The notes under the pieces: model-generated
Seen by the model: the letters and a program-made list of their open reading frames with translations, nothing else
The model's database searches: none
Told to the model about the DNA's origin: nothing
From: Tricharina praecox
Lineage: Eukaryota
DNA: 64,000 nucleotides
Reading direction: 5' to 3'
Assembly: GCF_024521635.1 (NCBI RefSeq)
Contig: NW_026250436.1
Coordinates: 124,001 to 188,000, forward strand
Made by a program: the position numbers and the translations under genes
Shown: in pieces, positions 40,869 to 51,791 of the stretch
Layout of the letters: each line of letters begins with the position of its first letter
Position numbering within the stretch: position 1 is the stretch's first letter

Positions 40869-43217
40869 ATGAAGGGTTACACGATTTCATTGCTCTCGGC
40901 GTTTGTCGCACTGGCTGTCGCGTCAACCACCGTACGCGTCCCGTCGACGCCGGAGTACGCGCCGATTTCGACCTCGGGATACTATGCGCCATCGGAGTCC
41001 CCCGAACACCCCTCCACAGAACCACCGTATCCCGACCCTATAACTCCCACCGACGGGGGCAATTTCACTGCAGTGGTTGGACCGAAGGGCGGAGTCGAGT
41101 TGCGTCTGCCCGTTCATAGGCTGCAGGCGGACCACCCCGATGTCTTCAACATGTTCATCCTTGCCCTCCAGGCTATCCAGAACCTGCCCGAGAGTTATAC
41201 CCTGAGGTATGGAGCATGTGGCTCCCGTGACAGCATCGAGTACCGGACCCTGACTGACCGACCGAAAATCCAGTTATTACCAGCTTGCCGGAATCCATGG
41301 TCGGCCATGGGTCGCCTGGGAGTACCCGACTCCCTCCACCGGTAACTACCCTTACGGGTATTGTACGCACGATTCGGTGATCTTCGGTACATGGCATAGG
41401 TGAGACTACCTTAGGCTAGGATGCTCGAAGAAGGCTCCAATGACTGACGGAAACGCGTGACATAGGCCATACCTCAGTTTGCTCGAGCAGCTCTTGGTCG
41501 AGCATGCGGAGACGATTGCGGCACAATTCAAAGGAGACGATGCGACAAAGTACCAGGCTGCAGCAAAAAAAGTCCGCCTGCCGTAAGTAAAATCCATTGC
41601 CATATCCGGAAGAGCATTCTCATGTTGATTCCATGATAGATACTGGGACTGGGCGTCCGATGAGACCGGAGGCCGTATTCCGCAGGTGGTCGCGGCGCCG
41701 CGGATTTCCGTGACTAAGCCCGGCGCCGACGGAGCGGCTGCCGTGGAGGACATCCGGAATCCATTGTACTCTTATGTGTTCACCAACGACCAGTACCGTG
41801 ATACCTACTTCGACGGCACTCCACAAGAACAGTGGACCCAGACGTATAGGCGACCCGAAGGAAACCCGCCAGTCTCACGTAACGACCTTTCCAGCGATGC
41901 TCTTGCCAGCACTTTCCCTGCGTACGTGCATTTCTCCCCCGACGACTCGCGACGATCCCCAAGGTTATAACGCGCTAACCCCCTCATGATTACAGCCGCA
42001 AGCTCTCCACGTTCCAATTGTTCTCCATCGGAACGTTCGGTCGGTTTTCAACCACACGGTACATGAATGTCACGTCGCCCATCGACTTTGCATCGGTCGA
42101 GCAGATTCACAACACGATTCACGGTGCCGTTGGCTTCGGTCCTAGTTTCGGTCACATGTCTTCGGTCCATGTTGCCGCATTCGATCCCATTTTCTGGCTT
42201 CATCACGGTTAGTGCCCCTGCCATCAGCTACTCGCTGTATACCTTGCCCGTACTGACCGGCGCAGCCCAAGTGGATCGTCTGATGGCGATGTACCAAGCC
42301 ATCTACCCCGGCCGACTGGTGGAGCCGCTCGTGCGCACGGAACTCAACTACGCATATCCCCAGCCAGCTGGAATCGAGGATCTGAACACAAAACTATACC
42401 CCTTCCGTCATCCCAACGGCGAGGAATGGACCTCGTGGGACGTCAGTTACGCCGACTCGACCTGGAAGTACGGCTATGCTTACCCGGAGGTACCGGCCGA
42501 GTACTCCGGCAAGCCAGCGGCGGAACTTACTGCTTTCACCGCCGCGGCGATGCAGAAGCTTTACGCGCCCTCGGGCCAGAGCTTCGTCCCGTCCCCTAAT
42601 AACGGCACTACCACCAGGATCGAATATCTCGCCCATGTCACCTTCGATGAGTCGCAGATCGACGGAACGTTCAGTGTCTTGCTGTATGCTGGCGAGATGC
42701 CTGAAGGAAACAGCCTGGTCGACCACGAGAACCTGGTCGGTGGAGTCACTTCGTTCACGGGCGGCGTACAGAACCACCGCAGTGTCATCTCGGGCACGGT
42801 TCCGTTAACACAGGCATTGATCGACAAGAACATCTCCGGCAATGGGACGGCATGTGTGGACTATCTCGAGACGCACCTTGAATGGAGGGTCCTGAGGGTA
42901 CGTTTTGCAACTCTACTCCTCGGTGCGCGAAAATCAGGAAGAACTTAGAACTGACGATACAACTTTAGGGCGCCACCGAAATCAGCTTCGACAAGCTCCC
43001 CTCGCTGCAAGTCGGCGTTTCCGGCAGCGTAGTGACCTACTACGACGACCCGACGAAGCTGCCAACCTACGGAGACTGGAAAGTGCACTATGGCGTGACG
43101 CACGGCAAGACGGGAGGACTCCGGACCGGCCATCACCACGAGTACTCGTACAACGGCCCCAGCTCCACCACCACCGATAAACCGGAAAAGAAGGTGCGCA
43201 GGAGCTTTTCATCCTAG
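40869..43217 (+). CDS. Secreted tyrosinase (type-3 copper protein) with C-terminal domain
   Basis: Signal peptide MKGYTISLLSAFVALAVA. CuA: YYQLAGIHG, GYCTH, FGTWHR|PYL, RLP|YWDWA. CuB: EQIHNTIHG, GHM, AAFDPIFWLHH|QVDRL. YGYAY motif. Multiple introns. Confidence 0.93.
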
Positions 43218-44277
43218 ACGAAGCATACACCACATAATTCTCGTAATGTTTTTCTTTTGGTTCTCAGGGTACATTGTGGGCTGGGCGCGGCGGGGGGTTT
43301 TCTTGCTGCATTTTCTAGGGATTTTTTTCTTGGTTTTCTTTCTTTCTTTGTTTCTTGGGTTTAGCATTTCAGGGGCCGGACACAGTTACGCAACAACAGG
43401 TTGCGATGATGTTTACGAGTATGTACCGACCTTAATATGGGGGCGGCGGGGGGAGGAGGGGCAGCGGGGGGGACTTCGGGTGGAATAGGATAGTTGTCAT
43501 GTATGGGGGATGGGGGAGTTGCTTATTTAGACGTTCGTTCCGTTCTTTAGGTTCAGTCCGTGGTATGGCGGGCTGTAATTCAGGAGTTGTTTATACTTAT
43601 CAGATTCTATATCGGATTTCGCGCGCGAGAGTGAGACTTGTGGCTTGGGTGGCGCATGTGGCGTAAGTGATTCATAATATGTCACTCGAGGGGTTGGACG
43701 TGATGTTTCAAATAACTACCTGAGTGCTGGATTCCTTGCAGGCTTGCAGGGCTAATAAAGGGCGGATCGAGGTGAGGAGACGGTGGATAGGGGAGTGCGG
43801 CGAGGGATGGGGATGCTGAGGTCAGTGTGGACGACAGGTATAAGTTTGGCGGGGTGGAGACCGGAGCGGGGTGCTATCTTCGTCGCTTGACATCTAGCCG
43901 TCCACACCGGGAAGGTGTGTTCTAGCGAGGCCACTACGGTGCGCACGGTGAGCTTGATGGGCGGGGATGGTGGCAAACCTCGGGCAGCGCTCATTGGGGT
44001 CTCAAACACAGCTCAAAAAACAGCTCGTGAGTACTCTACTATATAATAGATCAGGCAGTATCACTTGTTTGATACCTTCGAACCTTCGAACCGAAACTGT
44101 AGTCTGTAGAACCAGGAGGCTGAGCGCGAGACCGGCAGGACCTAAAGACAAAGGTGCCCTCTGTGGATGAACGGTGCAGCCCTGCAATCTGTCATAGCGA
44201 ACTTCTACTGATGATAGATGTGGTAACAAATAACTAATACGTTGAAACACGCTATCTACTCTTCTAACATACTTACT

Positions 44278-47200
44278 CTACTTCTTCTTCTCCGCTTCAT
44301 CTTCCGCTGCATGTCTACCTGACTTCAAGAAGGGCTTCTTTACTGGTTTGGCGGGCGATTTATCGCGCGAGGTGCTGCTTGCTGCTGTGGGCGGTCTGAT
44401 GGAAGGTTTCGTTGTCGTTGCAGTGCGCTCTCCCGAAGCAGGAGTTAATCGCCCTCCCGAAACAGGAGGACGACGACCAACGCTGGTCGGGACCTGAGGG
44501 ATCTGGCTACCCAATGGTCCCTGCGGCCTAGAACCGGTGGGCGATGCACCGCGACCGAGAGTTTGCTGCCGCCCGAAAGCTGGAGAGGCCCCGCGGCTTG
44601 AGCCGGGGGATTGGAGGCCACCTTTGCCTTTTAACGGAATCCGGGAAGTCGTATTTGATGACGAAGGCGACGGAATTACTCTTTTACCACCACTAGCAGG
44701 CGTAGGAGTGCTCCCGCTGGGGGATACACTTCGGGCGGAAGCCGAAGGGGAGAGAAGCGTGGAACTTGAATTGTCGCTGTCGAGAGATGTGGGCGTGGTG
44801 GCAGAAGTTAGTACTGGTATCCCGAGCCGAATCTGTTCGGGCGGGGCGATAGGGGCTGGCCGTGAGGATCTACGATCGCCGAACCCTGGTGGCGGTTGGA
44901 ATGGGTTCGATTCGGGCACAGCTGCGGTCCACTGTTTGCGCTCTTCGGCTTCTGCTTGGGCAAACTGTTTGGCAGCTTCACGATCGGCTTGTTTCTGCTT
45001 TTCTTCGTCCGCCTGCTCCTGCAGTTTGGCTTGTTTCTCCTGCTCTTCTGCATGAAGAAGAGCATCTTCTGCCTTCCTCCTCTTTTCCTCGTCCTCGCGG
45101 AGTTTTTTTTGCTCCTCAGCCTTCCTGTTTTCCTCCGCCTGCTTGCGACTCTTTTCCTGTTCTTCACGGAGTCTCACTTCTTCTTCTCCAGCCTTCTTCT
45201 TTTCCTCAGCTTCTCTCATCGCCTTTGCTATGACCTCTTTCTTTGCTTTTTCCCCAGCCTCTTTCTTTGCCTTTTCCTCAGCCTCTCTCATCGCCTTTGC
45301 TTTGGCCTGTTTCTGTGCCATTTCCTCAGCCGCCTTCTTCGCTTTTTCCTCGGCCTCCTTGTAGGCCTTTTCCTCGGCCTCGTTCTTCGCTTTTTCTTCG
45401 GCCTCCTTGTAGGCCTTTTCCTCAGCCTCCTTCTTTGCATTTTCCTCTGCTACTTTCTTTGCTTTTTCCTCAGCCTCTTTCCTTGCCATTTCCTCAGCCT
45501 CTTTCTTTGCCTTTTCCTCAGCCTCTCTCATCGCCTTTGCTATGACCTCTTTCTTTGCCTTTTCCTCAGCCTCTTTCTTTGCCTTTTCCTCAGCCTCTCT
45601 CATCGCCTTTGCTTTGGCCTGTTTCTGTGCCATTTCCTCAGCCGCCTTCTTCGCTTTTTCCTCGGCCTCCTTGTAGGCCATTTCCTCAGCCGCCTTCTTC
45701 GCTTTTTCCTCGGCCTCCTTGTAGGCCATTTCCTCAGCCGCCTTCTTCGCTTTTTCCTCGGCCTCCTTGTAGGCCATTTCCTCAGCCGCCTTCTTCGCTT
45801 TTTCCTCGGCCTCCTTGTAGGCCTTTTCCTCAGCCTCCCTCTTTGCATTTTCCTCTGCTACTTTCTTTGCTTTTTCCTCGGCCTCTTTTTTTGCTTTTTC
45901 CTCGGCCTCTTTTTTTGCTTTTTCCTCTGCTACTTTCTTCGCCTTTTCCTCAGCCGCCTTCCTTTTTTCCAGTTGCTCACGAATCCTATTTTCTTCCGCC
46001 TCCTTCTCCCTCACCTCGGCCTCCCTCTTCTTTCTTTCCTCCAACTCTTTCCGCCTTACCACTTCCCGCTTTTCCCTCTCCAACCATTCCTTTCTTCTCT
46101 TCTCTGCTTCCCGCTTCAGTTCCTCACGTTTCTGGTTCTCCTCCTGTTCTTTCTTTTCATCACGCACCGGACCGGCGTCCTTCCCTGCTGCTACAGCGGA
46201 AGTCGTATTTCCCGTTTCTTGGGTCTGGGTCTGGGTCCGGGTGCGTAACGCATCGTCCTGGCCCGGCGCCTGCTGTAGAGTTTCGCCAGTTCCCTTCTGC
46301 CCCTTCAGCCCCACCAGACCCTTCAGCACCACATAACACCTCCGGACCCGTTCCGCGAAATATTCGAAACATTTGCGAAACATTTGTTGTGCTTTTACCA
46401 CGACAGCAGCGGCAAGGATATATTTTCCGCATGCCTGCAGCCACTTCCACATCCGCGATGTAACAATAACAGTAAATATAGTAACAGCAGCGCATACCGC
46501 GAGGATGGGCGCGAGGATTCGCGCGAGTAGACGCCAGGCGCGAGTGGCGTAGATGTAGCTTCCCCACGACGCCAGCAATTTCCACGACATAGCAGCAGCA
46601 GCAGATATAACCGCGAAGATGTGCGCGAACAGACTCGGGGCGGGAGTGCGTATCGGCGTGTCGTTGGTCGGGACTGGCTCGGTTGGCTCAGCGGCGACTG
46701 ACACTTCATCCACCATCTCGCCCCTCGCAAGTATATAATAAAACCCCTCGAGCGGGACAAACACGAACGCGAGCATCGGCAGCGCGGTGATGGCGAACTG
46801 TAGGAGCAGGTACTCGGCCGGAAGCCACGCCTCGCGGACCAAGAATAGGACTGTCGAGATCCCGCACGGAATCGCCGGGATCTGCCAGTGCGTGGATGCG
46901 GAGTAGCCGTGGGGGACGAGGCGGACTCGCAGGAAGATGGGCGGGAGGTCGTCGTCGTGCTTGAGGTTCATGTGCGGGGGTGGAGAAGGGTGGAGGCTGG
47001 CGGGGGTGGATGATATGCGCAGAACGGTGATGCTGCTGCTGCTGTGAGATGTCTCGCGGCGGGCTGTAAGTAGTGAGCCGCGCTGATCGTGGAGAGCGGG
47101 AATGCATTCCCACGCGCGCTTATACTCATCTTCCGACGGGCGCGCTGGATGGGTTTTCACCGCCTCAGCGCAGAGGCGAGTGGCCGGCCGTGTCCGCGCA

Positions 47201-49009
47201 AGTAGCTCCTTCGCCAGCTCAGGCGTGATAACTGCCAGGCGATCGTAGCGACGCTCACACCTGGCATCGGTGTATATGTAAGATCCCCAGGTGAGGAAGG
47301 CGAGGAACGGCATATGGCCGGGCTGCTCGATGCTGTACCCGCGCGCCGACGTCTGCCCGCCAAACAGCAGGAACTCAATCAAGTCCCCCGCTTCGCCGCG
47401 CTCTTGCTGCGCGAGACGGGGGCGCAGGTACCGGAAGCACGTGGGCGTGCCGACTCGAGTGCTATCAGATGCGGCGCGGTCGACCGCTTCGTCGCCGAGC
47501 GCGGACATCTACGTGCCGCAAAGTATCAGCCTCCACCACCCGTAATTCCCCCATGGGCCATCGGTGGCTAAACCCACGCTGACAAGATAGTGCGCAAACT
47601 CGTGCGCAACCGTCACGAAGACGAACCACAGAAACAGCTGGCCCTCCTGCCCACGGCGCACCGTCTCCTCGAACCCGTCAAAAAGCGCCTGGTTGATATG
47701 CAGCTTCGTCCGCTCGCCCGGCAGCCCGGGGAGGTGGCAGCCCCACGCCGGTGGCGTCCGGTCCCAGCAGGCGTCGATGTGGATCTGTGGGAAGTGGTGG
47801 GCGAGGATGTTGCTGGCGCTGTAGACTGCGGCGGCAGATGTGTCAGAGGCGTCAATGGAGTGGAGACAGTGGAGACCGTGGACTGCGGGGGAATGGGATG
47901 GGAAGTTTCTCACCCTCGGCAACAGATGGCGACGCTTCACTCTCCAGCAGCTCCCATACACTACCGTATCCCCGTGCGTACCGTTTCCGGTTCACGCGTA
48001 TCAGGATGGCGTACTTCGCCGCGTTCTCGCAGTGCATCAGGCTGCGCCGGATGAAGTCCAGCAGGTGGTAGATGTAGTGGTCTTCGCCCAGCCGTACCTC
48101 ACCTGCGGCGGCGGCCGCGTCGCGGTGGTCGTAGATCCTGAGTGGCTGCGGCGTTAGGTGGGCGTACAGTTCCTTGGGTATCTCCGGCGGTGATGCGAGC
48201 AACGGGATCTGTGCGGGCGGTGGGGTGGGTTCGACGCGGTTTTTGCGGTTTTCGCCGGCCGAGGCGCCTGCATCCGACTTTCCAATTCGAGTGATTATCT
48301 GTGACGAGACACCAGGCTTCCCGCATCCCTCTGCCAGCGCCAGTTCCAGCGCTTGCCGATACGTCCACACATCCAACCGCAGCGGCTCAGGACTCGGCTG
48401 CCGTTCCGCGATCACGGACCGCGGCTCGAGAAGCAACTCCATCCCCAGCGCCCCCTCCGCCACGGCTCGGAACTTCTGCGCCATGATCGCATGTTCCTTG
48501 GCGACTTCACTCTCCATCTCTATCTCTCGCTCAGCTCCCTCCTCCCCCGCAGCAAGTATCACATCTCGCAGCAGCCGCTTCCACCGATACAAAAACCCTA
48601 CATACTCACGCAGGACATCGGTGACCTCGCCGTGGAACTCAGCGTAGCCGACACTATTGCCGTGGCGGGCTATATACCCGCGCTCCAGCGGGAGATCGAT
48701 AAAGGCGGTGTTAGTGCCGCCGTCGGTGGCCAGGAGGGCGATGTGTGTGGCCCGGCGCCGGACGTCGGCGGCAAGGTGGAGGAGCGCGGAGTGCTCGGTG
48801 CGTAAGAGGTCTACATATGGATGCCGACACTCGGCAGGCTCGCCGTCGGTAACGAGACCGGGCCGCTGCTGGTGCAGCCATATTCGCCGGCTGTGCTCAA
48901 GGTAGCGCTTGGTGTGGCGGCAGGCTTGCTGGAGGTCGCGGACGGTGAAGGTGAGGCTAACCAGGCTGTCCAGGCTGTCGGTATCATTCGTATCGGCTTC
49001 TGCGGCCAT
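44278..49009 (-). CDS. ~1520-aa protein: HExxH zincin-like domain, hydrophobic segments, E/K-rich helical repeat and S/P-rich tail
   Basis: Exons 49009-47914, 47825-47578 (or -47584) and 47508-44278, joined by phase-compatible GT-AG introns with CTGAC/CTGAT branch sites. VTVAHEFAHYL is followed by TP and GEAGDLIEFLLFGG. The last exon is an open 1076-codon frame. Confidence 0.75.
45180..45965 (-). repeat. Coding tandem repeat, 24-nt (8-aa EEKAKKEA) base unit with 48-nt and larger duplications
   Basis: KAAEEMAYKEAEEKAK occurs three times near-identically, and the block MAQKQAKAKAMREAEEKAKKEA..EVIAKAMRE occurs twice. Confidence 0.95.
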
Positions 49010-49391
49010 GGTGCCTGTTTAATATTACTACGTGTGCAGACAGTTAGGGAGGGGAAGAGCGGCGTTGAAACTTGCGAAACTTGAGAGTGTATTGCTTGCT
49101 CAAGATTATTGTTGTTGTGGTTACGTTACGACAATCGGGCCTTCCCTCTCCCATTCTCTCCCTCCCCCGCTTTCCTTTCCTTTGTTTGCGTGAATGGAAT
49201 GGGCTGGAATGCCCGTTGCCTGTTGCCCGTTGCCGTTGCCATGCACGAGTATCGAGTGCTGGTGTGTGGATGGGAGAACAAAGCTACCCAACCCACCAAC
49301 TGGCAACCGTATGTACAGTACTGTACAGAGCAAAGCCACCCACCCACCCACCAACCAACCGTATGTATGCAACTACCAACCGTGTGTACTA

Positions 49392-49713
49392 CTAGATCGT
49401 TGCATAGGTATTCGGACAGGCTGAAAATGTGGCCCCTCTTCTTGGCCCCAAGACGAGGCTGACGAGGATCAGAGCTCTGAGTGGATTGGCCACCAACTTC
49501 TCCAGATTTCAATCCCATAGAGCGTAAACGGGCTATGTTAAAAAGTACGATTCTGAGAGGAGACGCAGTGAGAAGATTATTACTCGTTTGATCATTTCTA
49601 TTTAATGGTTGGTGGTTGGAAGCTGCCGGCGCCGGAGACTCCTCACAAGCAAAACGTGCTGACAAGGCTGAGCCCCTATTTCAGCCTGTCCGAATACTCA
49701 TGCAACGATCTAG
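49392..49713. mobile_element. Tc1/mariner-type MITE, 322 bp
   Basis: 35-bp TIR CTAGATCGTTGCAT(AG/GA)GTATTCGGACAGGCTGAAA at 49392-49426 and 49679-49713 with 2 mismatches, flanked by TA on both sides. Confidence 0.88.
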
Positions 49714-49808
49714 TACTGTAAAAAGCACCAGCCACATCACCACGTGCCTTCTGAAATCACTGCTTACCTAAATACCTCTGCATACATTCGTACCAGGAGC
49801 TGCCAATA

Positions 49809-49960
49809 AGTGGTGCCTCACCACCATTACGGATTAACAGCACTAGTCTACATTAGGAGTGCACTAAGCCAAATAAAATGAAATGAGTGAGTGGCTGTGA
49901 CTAAGTTGTATGGGGGAAAAACGCTAAGCTGTATGGGGGAAAAACTGGTGAGGCAGCACT
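49809..49960. mobile_element. Small TA-flanked MITE-like element, ~152 bp
   Basis: 15-bp IR AGTGGTGCCTCACCA / TGGTGAGGCAGCACT with 1 mismatch, TA on both sides, and an internal direct repeat CTAAG(T/C)TGTATGGGGGAAAAAC. Confidence 0.6.
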
Positions 49961-50255
49961 TACCCTTACACCCGAGTACACGATACATACTACAGACTGC
50001 ATCTGTACATAAAATCCGTACTCGTATACAGCCAGCGATCTTACATAACTCGGTACTTAGGCCCGCGGTATATAGCGATGCCAACGGCAACGACAACCCC
50101 CAGCCACATCCCCACCCCCAACATCCCCACCACTACCTATACTCAACATCGGTATACCCGTAGTCTGTAGCCCCATCACCATCGCTCGAACGCGCTGTCC
50201 AGTGTCCAGTGTCATCCTTTACCAGTGCAGTGCCGGTCCACCGGTGCACGCTTTC

Positions 50256-50334
50256 TGCCGGTCCGCCACGGTCTGCCGGTCCACACGGTCTGCCGGTCCA
50301 CGCTGTCTGCCGGTCCACGCTGTCTGCCGGTCCA
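50256..50334. repeat. 17-bp minisatellite (TGCCGGTCCACGCTGTC)
   Basis: 4-5 imperfect adjacent units. Confidence 0.85.
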
Positions 50335-51791
50335 GCACGCATCCGCAATAGGCGACCGGCCTGCTCCACCTACATGGTAGGTACTCTAGCAAACGAGCTC
50401 CGGGGCACATCTACTCTAGGTAGAGCACGGCGGGCACGACGATGCACGATGAGCTACTTACCGTACCAGTGCCAGTGCCAGTGCTGCCCACCGTATCCCA
50501 TCCATCCATCCATCCATCCATCCATCCAGTCCATCGACCTAGCCCACTCCCGCGGTAGTTACGCTGCCAGTTAGGGTGGGCACGGTGGGGCACTTGTGCA
50601 AGCAACAGCCCATCATGATTTCATAGTTGCCTACTGCACGACACGGCGCACCGGGGATCTGGACCGCTGGCCGTGAGAGGTGCGAGGTGCGAGTGGGGAC
50701 TCGAGAGGGCGCCGGGAGACTGGCGAGTGGTTCTCGGTTGATGGGAAGGGAAGGGGAAGGTCTGGCAGTTGGAAGTTGGTAGTAAGTACCAGTGACTGTG
50801 AGTGAGTGACCGGACCGGACCCAGGACACGACAGCGGAGTATGTAGACACGGTAGGTACATGGTAGCGCAGCGTAATGCAAGATAGATACGGTAGTAGAT
50901 ATCATTATTCTTTTGCCAGACAGCAGACAGACAGACAGTAACACCTATACGCCCTGCTCCCCCCAGACTATCACAGCGAATCCGACCCCATGCGATCATA
51001 ATCAACTCCCTCAACAGAAGAGGAGCAAGCAGGCTGGCAGACGAAAGAAGACGAAAGAGAAAGAGAAAGAAGAAAGAAGAAGAAGAAAAAAGGAAAAGGA
51101 AAAGGAAAACACAAAACACAAAAAGGAAAAGGAAAAAGATTTGGAATGAAACCCCGCCAACACCGATCCCAACCCCCAGCCAACCAACCCCGACACGCAT
51201 GCAGCCACAATGTATAACCCGGGAAGTAAATGCGACGACGACGACGAGTATGCAAAGGAAAATAATATAAATGGAAACGACAAGCAATCAAGCCAAGACC
51301 CAGACAACGAGCTGCATCGACACAGCGCAGGCAGGATGGATGGATTGATGGAGGGAGGGGGGGAGGGGGGCATATGCAGGGCGACTCGGAGACAGGCAGT
51401 GATAATCCTCCACGACGCGCCAACCGTAAGAAATGCTGTCCCTGCATATAACGAAAGAAAAGAAGAAAAAAATCGCACGTGGCTGGAGCATCTAGGAAAG
51501 ACGAGACACGCTCTTGCAGACTTCGAGCTGTAACTCCGGAGTAACATGAATGTGAGGAGGAAGGGGGCGGGAGAAAGATCCGCACAAAAGCAAAGCAAAA
51601 AGGAATACGAGGGGAATAAACTGAAGTTCTAACCACCACCACCACCACCACCACCACCACCACCACCACCACCACCACCACCACCAGTACCAACGCTGGC
51701 ACCACAACCGTCACCGCCAGCACCACGCCATTGAAAGATCGACGGTGTGCGCATACGCCGTGCCAGGTGACCCGGAATCCCTGCCGAAGGC

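Noticed and set aside
44896..46463. Long Phe/Leu-rich and Pro-rich plus-strand ORFs
   Set aside because: Antisense shadows of the E/K coding repeat.
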